Positions 1 through 12,136 of a DNA stretch of 64,000 nt are shown one piece after another. The position numbers and the translations under genes were made by a program. Each line of letters starts with the position of its first letter. The stretch's first letter is position 1. Source of the DNA: Ptychomitrium polyphyllum (lineage: Eukaryota); the NCBI GenBank assembly GCA_973851085.1, contig OZ316775.1, forward strand, positions 5,084,001 to 5,148,000. The letters run 5' to 3'. The notes beneath the pieces were generated by a model. It did no database searches, was not told the origin of the DNA, and saw only the letters and a program-made list of their open reading frames with translations.

Positions 1-136
1 AGATTGTGTCTGAGTTGGTGCAAGAGAACACCGGGGTAATGTAAAGTCATGATAGTTCAATGCAGATATAGTGCAAGTAGTTGGTTGATGAGACCCTAAT
101 TATAAGGATATATATTGACTGCGATGGAATTGGTGC

Positions 137-1216
137 TCAGAAAGCCTTGAGCTGGTCTGGAATATTCAGCTTCTCTGCAGTGTTTGCTCGACTGATAGGG
201 CGGCTGATAGGAAGTCCTGAATTGCGGCGTGAAAGAGTGCGAACAAGGTTGCAGAGCTCGGCTGTGGCGCCGTTCAAAGGTTGCACGGGGAACTTCTCGC
301 ATGTGCAGATCTCAATCATGAAGCCGTCAGGGTCGTGGAAAAACACTTGCTCTATGACGATGCCGTTCTCTTCGATGATGTTCTTCTCGTATCTGATGTC
401 ATGGTCGTGCAAGGCTTGCTCCACCTTCTCCACGGAATCACTCTGTCGACCATATTTTTCATTTTTTCCTTCTGAATTAGTCTTTGAGTTCAACAAATCA
501 AGCATGTGCAAAATGTGAATTTCAAGCAAGTGCATCAATTTGTGAAATTCCTCCAGTTCAAATATTCTATACTCCATATTGGACTTCAATGGGAGCTTTG
601 GGCAGACGTTGACCAGTATATACCTGAAAGGATAGGTGATCGTCACGAGGATTGATTACTTCTTTCACAGGTGGCAATATTTCTACCTCTTCTTTCTCAG
701 CTTGCAGAAGATGGATGCTAATTCCGTAATTGTGAAGCCTATTCAACACATAATAATCACAAAAGTCGAATTAGAAATTAAGCTGTAGCAGTGCAAAGAG
801 TACTTCGTAACAATGAAAAAATCAGAATGTATAAATATCTAATTAAAGCATGCGAGCTCTTAATTGTTTGGCCAGAGAGGTGAAGTATTATCTCCATGTA
901 AAATGGTGTCTGAGTGTTAGTTATGAGCAGGGAAATAAATGTGGTTTACTTTGGAAGCATCTTAATAAATGCTGTGAAACAAGAACTTGAACACATGCAC
1001 AAGTTTAGCCTTTGGACATTCAGGACACCACAAACAAAGTTGAGCGTTGACTCACCAGGCTCCATCGAAGTCAAAAGATCCAGGTCGTTTGATCGGAATA
1101 AATCCTAAGACGTGCTCGTAAAAGTTCGTGGTGACATTTACATCTCGACAGACTCGTGAGACGTGGTTCAAAGATTTTAAAGGAAGAGTATGCTTCACTT
1201 TAGGCTTCGTCTCCAT
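137..1216 (-). CDS. Glyoxalase/VOC (lactoylglutathione lyase-like) family protein, 3 coding exons (1216-1056, 738-624, 442-137)
   Basis: Spliced translation METKPKVKHTLPLKSLNHVSRVCRDV...RPGSFDFDGAW|LHNYGISIHLLQ...INPRDDHLSFQ|SDSVEKVE...QVFFHDPDGFMIEICTC. It has the plant GLYI-like motifs LNHVS, GIxIHLL, DHxSF and FFHDPDGFMIEIC. GT-AG junctions are in phase. A probable 5'UTR intron spans ~1256-2396 and a TATA-like element lies near 2460-2468. Confidence 0.9.
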
Positions 1217-4101
1217 CGTCACGTCCAGCGCCTTAAGGAGTAAAAGACTAATCCTCCTGCAATTTGTTAACACTTTGACAGATGAGAGCTTGCATAATTG
1301 GTGAGCAAATAAGCACCGTTCCTCTCTTGACCGCATCTTAATTAGTCCTAAACAAAACCGAAAACCACTGTGCAGAATCTGAAAGATAATGCAATCAACC
1401 GCCATTGTGCAATTGCAATACTTACATCATGTTTGGAATTCCGGTTATAATTACAGAAAAGAATCTAACAAGAAGGTAATAGAGTCCACCAATACAAGAA
1501 CAAGAGCTCAAGAAACTCGGTAGCAATACGTACATGGCGTTAGGAAATGTAGCTCATCACCAAACTCCATATGAGCCATGTTGTAATAAGTAATCCGTAT
1601 CACTCTCATAAGCAGAAACAAGTCTAATTGTAAAGTAATGTCATGAACTATAATAGCGTTCTAAACAATCATGCACAAATGTAGCAACCTCACAGTGGTG
1701 TTTGGAGAACCACCACTCAAAACGGGCTCAAAACGGCTTTAGAACGTGAAGGCAGAACGCCGTGGCTTTTGGAGCTACGAAACAAAATTCTAACATTCAC
1801 ACCTTATTGCCAACTTAGATGTCAGTTCCTTAAAAAATGCAAACCTGCAGAGTCCCTAAGTTTCCCGAGTTTCTTGACAATGATTGTAGAATATTAAGCT
1901 TTTACAACGAACAGTGTCTATATTATAAGGCAGTCACTTGCTACGGTGAACAACAACTTGCGAAACTTACTGTAAACAACAGCTCGGTTCCAATGCTAAT
2001 TTTCTATCCCAGTAAATGAGACAGGTTTCCTGTGTTTCAGCACCAACATATACAACCTTGTATTAATTCTAGACGTACTAAAAACCCACATGCTGCACTT
2101 AACTCCTAGGGTATTCTTGGCTCTCCACCTGCTTCATTGTAACCCTCAATGGACGATGCAATCTATTTTCACAAAGCTACATCATAAATATGACTCAATC
2201 GACACTCGCTAAGAATATACCCAAGACTACAAAAAATTCTTGCTAAAAATTAAGCTTTGTGCACAAATCTGAGCAGACAACCCAAACTTCAAACGTACAT
2301 GTTCATGAAAGTGAAGATAGCTTAACCACACTGCAGGTATTCAACAAACACCAGTGATCCGAGTCTGAAGAGAAGACCAAGAGAAAGCAGCCATACCTGC
2401 AAGTCTGGTGCTGAAGCTCGTGTTGCAGTAAGAGTAAATGGTTCAAGGGTGGGTGAAGCAATATATACAACAGTGCAATTTACAGAAGGAAAAGAAGCGA
2501 CCGACTTTGCAGCTTATAGCGCTACCTCACCGCCAAACAGAGCTGCAGCTGGACGCGATAGATGATTGTCGTAAGCTACAGAAAAAGCTGCAATCGAAAC
2601 GGAAGTAAGAATCAGGAATGTGGAGCAGACGAGAATATAAGGTGCGTTCTATCGCATGGCCGTGAATTCAAAGCAGAGCGAATAGAAATTGGTTAAGGTA
2701 AGAGAAAAGAATTGATTAATGAGAGGAAAAGAAGACGGCTTTGAAGGGCAGGTGTGATGGAGATGCTCGCATGGGGATCATGCAGAAGTGCGTGCCGCGT
2801 GGAGCATGCAATCTAGCGTGACAAGTGGAGTATGCAGAAGCTGGGAAGAAGCAATCGGCGGACCAGAGCTGTGTTCGATATGGAGTTCATGTTCATGGTC
2901 AGACATGATAAGACAATTTGGGCACATGGACCATCATGCCAGACGAGGGCGAAGCACTTGGGCGCGACATGGCGGCCGCTGCAGTCCCGAAACTGCCGCA
3001 TTCCAGTTGCTTGCCATTTGGCCACTCTAATTCCCGGCATCTACCTACTCTTCATCCTCGCTATCCACACATATGTACCGGTTAATTACATTCCAGACTC
3101 TTCTGGAAATTCTGGGGTCCATCCTGCTGTAGGTACGGGATATTCTTATGTCATGTCTATCTGTAGGAGTATCTCACTTTATTCGATTAAACCAAGTGAA
3201 TATGCATGTTCACTGGTTTCTGTGCATTATAGGAATGGAGAATAATACTGTGACCTATTTGCATTATGGCCTCACAGTTAAAAAAATGCGACGTACACTT
3301 GGATTAAGTTTAGAAAAGTTTGTGGACAAGAAATTGGTATATTGTAACATCGTCACATCCTGGACAGGTGCAGAGAAGTTGCAGGGATAAAAACCCTTCG
3401 ATTGTTCAGGAACTTTAGCTTTCTCAAAATTTGTTGAATGCGGATGATTAAACTGATGATATACAAGCAGCAACGTCAATTGGGTGACGCGATTGTTAGA
3501 ATTAATTTGTGCTTCCGAAAAAAGGGTTAGAGCATCTCACAAGAACAGTGCGTTAGTGATGTTAAACTCAAAGAATTTAACTTCTAATGCGTCCACTGTA
3601 CCAGTGCCAATGGTTTATATATAATGAGCAAACTGCAGACGAACGTCGACATAATTGCAATAAAAGTAGAAGGAAGCGGCCGTGAGTGATCAAGAAAGCA
3701 ACTGGACTTCCAATGGCCATTCAAGTCAAATCACGGAGTACCGATTTCCTCGTATAGGGTGACAATGAGAAGCAGTTAATTGATACAATGCTTCCACTCA
3801 CAAACCCAGTGGCAACTTTAACAAGCAAGTTTTTCTGTGAATTCGAAGACATTTGAAGAGTTTCTGCAATACTTATAGAACTGAAGATTTTTTACTCAAG
3901 TGTTCAAATAAATTCAAAAGCACACCTTCATTTCACTTTTTGACGAGACTAACATAAATTGTGGCCTATCCTGGCAACTGATATCATACATGTTACATGA
4001 ACTTACAAAAGTATAATACCCAAAGAATAAAATCGAAACAACTGAGCAAATACCATCTGGCGACGAAGATTCGTTGCTATCCGGGCAACCGTGCTACAAA
4101 C

Positions 4102-7100
4102 TCAGGCAGGGTCGTAAGTACCTGGGCCTGGTAAATCGTCAGGCTCCTTAGTCCATCGTGTACCTTTCGTGAATCTAATAAACGGCGGGTTTGCACAATG
4201 TGATAGGATTTGATTGCCCTGCAGCGTACAAGTACTTCAGTTTATATTTTGCATTCGTACTTACTCAACCCGCTACATCTCAGATAATATGCAGCGAGAT
4301 ATAAACTATGAAAGAGACAAGGGTAAACAAACTACACATGCTTATGAAAAAACTATCATGGTGAAAAGTGATGCTCAAAATACTTTCAGTGATTTCATCA
4401 ATGCTCACTTTCACAGAAGTAAGCCATAAAGAGCAAAACCATAAGGACATCAGTAGTGCAGGCAAAGAAGCATAACTTAGGCGGTAAAAAAGATGAGGTC
4501 AGAAATCAATACAAGAGCCCAAACATAATCTACGCAGGAACAAAAAGAAAGCTATTGTAACAATCTGCAATGAATTAGGCTCCCACACCTTCTTACTACA
4601 AAGTCTTATTGTGAAACACTCACCACAGAAGATGTTTGCCCAAATTGACCAGGTCCATTTGATACTTGTCCTACATAAGATTTATCATGTTCTCTTGACA
4701 AAAATGTCTGTCATAAAACAAAAATAGTCGCAACCACATGTGAACATAAGCACCAAAAGGTATGTACAATACAAGAACTTGATCAACACAATTTCAAATC
4801 TCTAGACAGATGTGCAAAGTAACTACATCCATTTCTGGAAGCTGTAAAATATATCTGTCTGGTTTCTGTTATGCCCATTTAATTAAATGGAAGAGTAGTA
4901 CCTTATCTCGTGCTTCACGAGTGCCTTGAGGGAAGCTGAAAGAAGGTAAAGTAGCCCTCTGAGATTCAGGTTGCTTTCCTACTGATCCTTTTATAGGATA
5001 CTCCCCTGGTCCGGCAGATTCACCTCCTCGGTCCCTCTGATTCAGTTTCCACCGCGGATCAACCATCATGGACATGGATTATAAATATCAATGTTTCTGA
5101 GGTCATAAGGTCTTGAAAAGAAAAACTGATATGACATATAATAAGAACATTATGGATATTCTATGGAGGAAAATATTTTCCTAAAGACCATCTTCTGATT
5201 ATTCCATAAGATCATTACCAGTGACCTTTGTCCTTTGGTGAAACCGATGACCGGAGCAGATCGATTTCCAGATTGATTTTGATACCCAAAAGTAGATAAT
5301 TGAGGACATTTTGGACCTGGTGACGTTAGTCCCCATTTTTCCTGTGAATATTTCCAAATTCATGTGAGTGGCTTGCAATAAGCTTCCTACGCTTTCACTT
5401 CTCATTCAGCAAATGTCAGAATTTCACCGAACTAAGTATACTAGGACCACACGAATACCATAACCTATTTGCATGAGGTAGCAATTTAATCATGAAACCC
5501 TACTTCCGTAACAATAAACCTATAATATTGCTTGTGATACCTGGCTTCTATGACATGGAGTCAAAATGAATCTGTCACTCTGCGGATCATGTATTGAATC
5601 ACCTTATCAAAATCTTTGTGAACAAACATCTTCGCTTGTGCCGCTCTACTTCCTTGAGTGAATTTTGTTTTTTCAGGAGACCTTTTTTCTGATTGAATCT
5701 GTCACATCATGGTTTTAGAGAGTGGTGACTTGATCAATATTGGAAATAACCTGACTTGAAATTCTAGATCCTGGCTCTTACCACTCCCATCAACTGAAAA
5801 TATAGGCGAATTGTTCGAAGCGCATGCCATTAGATCGAACTGGCAAAGTCAACTCAATTAAAACCATCCATGCCAGATACGAATAATATGAGTTTTTCGT
5901 ACCTGATCACCGAAAGCAGATATATGAGAATCGTATGCTCCAGGTCCAGGAGCAGCATCTGGCCCTTTCTGAACGACCAGGACCACGTATAGAAACATAA
6001 GCAACTGCGTCTTACACTGAAATTCGGATGAGAAATGTTACAAATTCTCATGCTTTTACCTATTGGAGGGTGTGTTGCAAAACTCACCCTCGTCCAACGC
6101 TTTGCAGTCCCGATTTTAACTTCAGCCGGGGACTCATCCTTCGATTGCGGTTGTCTACCAAATGATGAACCCACCTTGTAGACAGGACCTAGTGATAAGA
6201 CAATAACCAGCACACAGCTAGTTCTTTATTGCTCTTTTGGTTGCAGCTTGTGATTCGCAAACGAGAAAAAGGTCACGTAGCAATCAAAATATGGCAACTG
6301 AGTAGCTTCGATGGTCCTTTAAAATAAACATGGTGCCACAACTGAGACACTAAAATCCAAGAATACCAGAAACAAGTCCAACCCTAAACAACGACCTGAA
6401 CTCTTCTTTGCTTCCGACAATAGCAGAGCTTCGAACTTTCCTTCAAAAGATACACCTCAAACTAACAATACTTCCTAGACTTCATCAACCGCTAGACGTA
6501 AGTAGTATCAATCATCATGTAGCATGATGATTCCTAGAAATTCATACCAGGACTGTTATTCCCTGGTGTCTTCGCTGCCATTTCAGAATTGACGAACATC
6601 TGCACCCACAATTTTCGAGCATTTTGAATATCTGCCTAGACATCCAGCTGTAACCAAAGACTTTCTCGAAATCTAGAACCTGATGGTTTAGATATATCTT
6701 CAAAATTTGTCTTACTCAATTTATTTAAATTCAGAACGTATTCTTGTTAAAAAATGAGGTCATCATAGATACTCATGGATTACACCAACTCAAGAAGCGG
6801 TCTAAATCATCATAACTCAATGGTCCGAGTACAAATATTCTGATAAGATCATACCTTTTCAAAAGCATATCGACTACCAGTGCCAAATCCAATACATGGC
6901 GCCGTAGCCCTATTTGATATAAACTGTATCAATCAACCAATCAACCAATCAGTGTATTGCAGATCGAAAAACAAGAACCAACGGCCCAGAGGAAGAGAAA
7001 TGCAGTATTTATGAGGAACGGGAGTCGGAATATCGAATAACTGTAGAATCTATCGCTATTGAAGACCATATTGGACACAGGAAAAGATTCGAAAATTACC

Positions 7101-7219
7101 TGTGGACCAAAACATGCTGACTTGGTGCGGGTTACGCGTGAAGGAAGAGGTTTCCAAGTTCTGTCTAAGCGGAAGGCTTCCCAATAAGGTACCTTCCCAG
7201 TAGACTTCTCTTCAGACAT
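4102..7219 (-). CDS. SHIPPO-repeat / ODF3-like (sperm-tail PG-rich repeat) flagellar protein, ~320 aa, 10 exons (7219-7100, 6923-6855, 6599-6548, 6188-6088, 5968-5903, 5698-5603, 5341-5219, 5036-4902, 4707-4624, 4218-4102)
   Basis: Manual splicing at GT-AG sites gives one open frame with recurring units SPGPVY, PGPGAY, SPGPKC, AGPGEY, NGPGQF and PGPGTY. All but the last are followed by S(x)FGxQxxSxxxxxPxxxFxxGxR-like segments. PGPGxY is the hallmark of the SHIPPO-rpt family. The exon 7/8 junction has one alternative in-frame solution. Confidence 0.82.
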
Positions 7220-8719
7220 TATGTGGGCTTTTCAAGCTGAGCTATTCCTATCAGATCCTTGAAGTCTCATTGTACTGCAACCCCAACTCCGTTATTTTGT
7301 AGCCCTCCTTTGTCCAGTAAACGTGATATGAAAAAATGATGCTTCTTTCTCCTGCCTTGGTTCCAGATACCCCTGACCATCCTGTTCATCGATTTTCGAT
7401 ATTCTGACTTCCTCTCACACTACAGATCAACGACATCTTATTTTCTGCACTCCATTAGCAGATTTTGTCTATCAGATTCCGCATACTCGTCTATAAGTTT
7501 CATTATCCCGTGCGCAAGAATTCCATTTTTGCGGTCACTTTATGCCATCAACATCGACGTGCAGTACATGAAGTTACAAAAACTTTTTTTCGTGTCATCT
7601 TTCTCCATCATACATGCCTCAAAAGAGAGATGTAAAAGATTTGTGAATCCCCAGACACTCTCTGTAACCCGTCACCTGGCCCTCCATCCGTCGCAAATTC
7701 CCTCCTCATTTTCCGCAAATGAGCCGTACTGCAGCGTAAATTCATCTCTGCCATCACATCCTGTGAGGACTAGATCTTCCAGCAGTAAGTAAAAAGGTGT
7801 ATGATGTACACCTGTATAGAAGGAGTCGCTGCAATCACAAGAAAAGAAGTTGCTGTTATACAGCAATGTGAACAACGAAGCTGATGTAGTTGAACATGAA
7901 TAACATATGTCGTCCATTTCATAGACGTATTTGAGATCATTGCACCAACAGAAACGAACCTTCGCCAAGCATATCACATCGACAACTAGCTGACACCAAA
8001 AATTAAAACACCAGAAGGAAATAAAATTGTTGCAGAGACCTTTACTCACGCAAAAACTTTCATGCAACTGCCTGGATCACAACACTGCCACCAAACCACA
8101 CGAATACTTCGGCATTCTCAATTCAACCCGTAATAAGGTCTCCGCAAAGGCTGGCACATACATATTTGCTCTTGGACCATCAACTGTGAAGGAATTTTGG
8201 CGAGGAAATCATCAAACCACTAGACTTTGGGTAACGCCGGGCCACTCATAGCCTGAGACAGGCCTTGCTCTACCCTCCTTACGAGTGAAAAGCATAGCAT
8301 CACATGCGGACCGGCACAGAGAGAATTGCGAAGGTGTGAGCGAAATGGATGGATAGTAATGATCGATACCTAAAAGAACGCCGTGTTCCGGTGGAGGGCC
8401 TCGTCCCGTCCCCTCGGCGAGGGTGGTAGGCATGGTGGTGGGGCAGAGTGGGGTAGCAAAGGGCGAGCGGGGTCTATGGAAGGGGATGTCTGTTCAAGTG
8501 TATAGGAGACATTCTTCCAATCTCGCCGCCGCAGCGGCTTCTCTACGCACGGAAGTGACAAGCGCACGGCAGAATGCGAAAGACTCCTCAGATTCGACCG
8601 AAGCCGAAGGGCAACGAAGGGTCTAACTCTTTGAATTCCCAATCGCAGCCGCGCTTCCTGACGTTCTTCCATTAGCCTAGTCCCTGTTGAGGGAACCCCC
8701 TCCTGTAACGATCGACCCA

Positions 8720-8960
8720 AAGGGTACCAACGACAGCAACAAACTCCTTAAAACCCCGTAACAGATAGCTAAAAAGCATAAACTTTACCCCAAAGTTGCG
8801 CTTACAACAGCAACCGTTATGAAAATCACACCCCAACTTCACGAATCACCCCTAAACACTTCGGCCAATCCAAACAACTGCAATCTACATCCTGCACAAC
8901 AGCAGTTCCCACACCTCTCCGGCTCAGTTCCCATAATCGGGAACCCTAGTATTCTTCACC
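8720..8960. promoter_or_regulatory. Probable bidirectional promoter between the SHIPPO-like gene leader (-) and the ABCI gene leader (+)
   Basis: Leader-type first exons with splice donors diverge from this interval: a minus donor TAG|GTATC at 8370/8369 and a plus donor CAG|GTGTAG at 9028/9029. A telo-box-like AACCCTAG lies at ~8942. Inferred; there are no TSS data. Confidence 0.4.
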
Positions 8961-9445
8961 GCGACTCCTTCCTCTCCTCAAGACTCACAGACCCAGGTTG
9001 CTGCTTGTTCCGGTACGCTTGATTTCAGGTGTAGCTCTATTCTATTTCTCTCATTCGTTTCAATCGCCTCCATGGCTTTGTTGAATCAGTTAATCACGAT
9101 TATTGAACTACCTTTCGAGCGGCGAATTGCCTGCGAATTGCACCGAATTATATTGTGCTCCAGGCATTTCTGTGCACGATTAGCGTGAGCGCACTGCGAG
9201 AAGATAATACCCAGGACGCCGAGGTAGTTAGTTGTTTGACGTCCTTCTGTTTTAGGGTTTCGGATGCTGGTGCGGTAGAAACTCGAGGTTTCTGGGGTTT
9301 ATGTCGTGCGTTTTCGAGGAAAGGTCTTGTGAGAAGGAATTGTGATTTGTGACGATTGCTGATGAATTTTGATGTGAATTCCACGCTTGGCAGTGGATGC
9401 CGGTTGATTAGCACGTGCTATGGTGGGTCGAGTCCACCTTGAAAG

Positions 9446-10462
9446 ATGACGCAGTCTTGTGCCTCGTTAGTGCAATCTTCATCGACAAAGCTCCGTGGTG
9501 ATGTTTGTGGCTTTTCTCGACCATGTTGCTCCTCTGTGGGTTCTCTTGCTTCCGTCAGCCTTCCGCTTCTGTCAAATTTTAGGTCATTATCTCATTCTAC
9601 AGGAAGGATAAGGAGAAAACAGATTGGATGTCATCTTGAAGAGCTCATCGTGCCGTGGAGTAGCAAATTACCCGTCGAGCGACCTTTTCAACGAAGTCGT
9701 CGAGGCCAGGCGCTTGCTGCAGGTGTGAGGAGCGACGCAGAAACATCGTCATCGTCTCCGGTAGCAATCAATGCTCGAGACTTGGGGCTGACTGTGAACG
9801 GGGACAAAGGCGAAGACATTGTGGTGCTGAGAGGATGTTCATTGCAAATACCAGAAGGGCAGCTTTGGATGTTGTTGGGACCCAATGGTTGCGGGAAGTC
9901 GACCCTCTTAAAGGTCTTGACAGGGCTGTTGCGGCCGAATCGCGGGAAGCTCTTCATCGTCAGACCTCGCAGTTTTGTGTTTCAGAATCCTGACCACCAA
10001 GTGGTGATGCCTACTGTCGAGGCGGACGTTGCGTTCGGTCTTGGCCACTTGGACTTATCCGACGAGGAGGTGAAATCTCGCGTGTACGCTTCTTTAGAAG
10101 CTGTGGGCATGAGCGAGTATGGGCAGCGCCCTGTACAAACCCTAAGCGGGGGGCAGAAACAACGGGTGGCAATTGCTGGCGCCTTGGCAGAGTCCAGCCG
10201 TGTGTTGCTTCTGGATGAGCTCACCACCTTCCTAGACGAAGCAGATCAAACGGGGGTCTTAGAAGCGGTACGCAACGTCGTAGGAGGATCTGTGACAGCG
10301 CTGTGGGTGACCCATCGTTTGGAAGAACTCGATTACGCCGACGGTGCTGTCTACATGGAGAACGGCAGAGTCGTGATCTCGGGGAGCGTTGAAGATGTGA
10401 AACGATACGTTCATAAACAACAAGAGGAAATGAACGACAACGGCAACGGCGTCTTGAGGTAG
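9446..10462 (+). CDS. ABCI10: ABC transporter I family ATPase (ABCI10/NAP13-like, ECF-type A component), predicted plastid-targeted; uninterrupted CDS
   Basis: Walker A GPNGCGKS, Q-loop VFQNPDHQ, signature LSGGQKQR, Walker B LLLDE and H-switch VTH. The ~95-aa Ser/Arg-rich N-terminal extension resembles a transit peptide. Confidence 0.85.
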   Translation: MTQSCASLVQSSSTKLRGDVCGFSRPCCSSVGSLASVSLPLLSNFRSLSHSTGRIRRKQIGCHLEELIVPWSSKLPVERPFQRSRRGQALAAGVRSDAETSSSSPVAINARDLGLTVNGDKGEDIVVLRGCSLQIPEGQLWMLLGPNGCGKSTLLKVLTGLLRPNRGKLFIVRPRSFVFQNPDHQVVMPTVEADVAFGLGHLDLSDEEVKSRVYASLEAVGMSEYGQRPVQTLSGGQKQRVAIAGALAESSRVLLLDELTTFLDEADQTGVLEAVRNVVGGSVTALWVTHRLEELDYADGAVYMENGRVVISGSVEDVKRYVHKQQEEMNDNGNGVLR

Positions 10463-12136
10463 TAACCTATCATTTGAGCAAGAATGTGTTTGAGCTGCCA
10501 GTATCTCGTTCTTTCCAGCTCTTTTTCAGACCTTGTTTTTCAGATTTTTGTAATCGATACAGTAGTATTGAGCTAATCGACTAGATTCAGTAGAAGATGT
10601 GTGCCGGCATTTTGGAAAGATTCAGGCAGAGCAGACTGTTTAGCTATTTGGATAAGGGGTTGCTGTACTCATATTCTTTATCATTGCAATCCATTTGCCA
10701 ACTAAGAAGCTATTGCCAATTTGCCAACATTTTTTAGCGTCTGTAGTGACTGATTCTGAGAATGGGAGAGAAGGTACTCCAAGGAAAAGCTAGCACGGTT
10801 TTCACCATCGTTTCTAAACAATTGCCCTCAGTTTTCAAGACCTAGTATCAGGATATCGAGTACATCACTACATCACTACCACATGTCTCTGGCATTTGAT
10901 AAACTGGAAATCTTTCAGAACCGCAAGAACCCTCTGAAGTGTATCCTCGTAGATGATGTAAAAGACATTTGGCAGGAAGCAAGGGATCTGATGCAGCCTG
11001 GTTCACGTGAGGCACCTATAGAGTGGATTGTTTGTCGTTGGGTGGCCCTTTGAGGCGACGAATCAGCCACTGGAGTCGCATGAAAATGGTATCACCTTGA
11101 TCCAATGCGAAGCCTGAGAATCATCCTCCCTCACATGGAACAGGCCGAGTATATGCCACTCTCGAATTTCAATATGCTCCTGATGCACCCCGAATTCCAC
11201 CACAAAGTTGAGTATAGTTCTCTGTTCCGAGTTTCCTCTGAATAGTATTGTAATTTACGGGAGGCATCGCAGTTGACATTCGAACTTGAGATAGCGAAGC
11301 CCTATGTTAAAGTGGTGCTCTTCGTCACCGAGTTCGTAGTCCTGGGCACTCACTGTGCCGGACACCGACTAGAACAACTTATTCTCGCTTGGGTTGGAAT
11401 CGATTGAATCCAGTGTGCAGTGGCTATGGCTATGGCTGGAGGATCCTGGAGTCATGGTGGTTCTGAAATACTGGTCCTTCCATCCATTCTCTGCAGTCGT
11501 CAGATGAATGTTACATACCATCGCCATGCTTGAGAAATTTCTCATTCACGGACTTGGTGCATCCAAATACGGTGATCACGACCGGGTGCATCCACACACC
11601 ATGATCACGACCGGGTGCATTGAATCAAGGAACATGAATAAAACTCAGTCTAGACTTTTCAAATGGCAGGAGTACTTTGCTGATTCCACATTTACTGTTT
11701 GAGTCACACCCACCAGGAGAATCATTTCGTATTCCATTGTTTTCTTCTCCGAGCCCTTGCTGAAATGGCACTGAACTCTGGAATAGACCAAATCTGCAGC
11801 TTGTCACGTTCGGGAGCCTTCGAGAGTTGACCCCTGGGTCAGCAAGTAGAAACAAACCAAATTTCTGGCACCCTTCCCACACTGTAAAAGCGGTGGGGCC
11901 GGATCAAAAAAAAGCATGGCCGCCAAGTGGACCCACATGCCAACTGTACACCCCGTTGCAGTGACGCCACAGTAGTACAAGGGCCTGGAGTATATTTTAT
12001 CGAGTATATACTCCCTCATGTCTGCGCTTCGACCCTATCTCACTACAAGTTATCATATACAGGAACACGTAATCCCTTGCCTGGGACACTTACCGGACTC
12101 TACTAGGCTAGTAGCAGCGATTTCGAGCTTGGCATT

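Noticed and set aside
81..518. 145-aa plus-strand ORF
   Set aside because: Antisense shadow of glyoxalase exon 3; no independent motif.
2788..3479. Cluster of 70-137 aa ORFs upstream of the glyoxalase gene
   Set aside because: No recognisable domain or consistent splice structure; promoter/intergenic DNA.
5740..5840. Possible extra exon FDLMACASNNSPIFSVDGS in the SHIPPO-like gene
   Set aside because: Skipping it preserves frame and the repeat register (SAFGDQ|IQSEKRSP), so it was treated as intron.
6510..6532. Hairpin AATCATCATG-TAG-CATGATGATT in an intron
   Set aside because: A single 10-bp stem of low-complexity ATC/GAT sequence; no supporting context.
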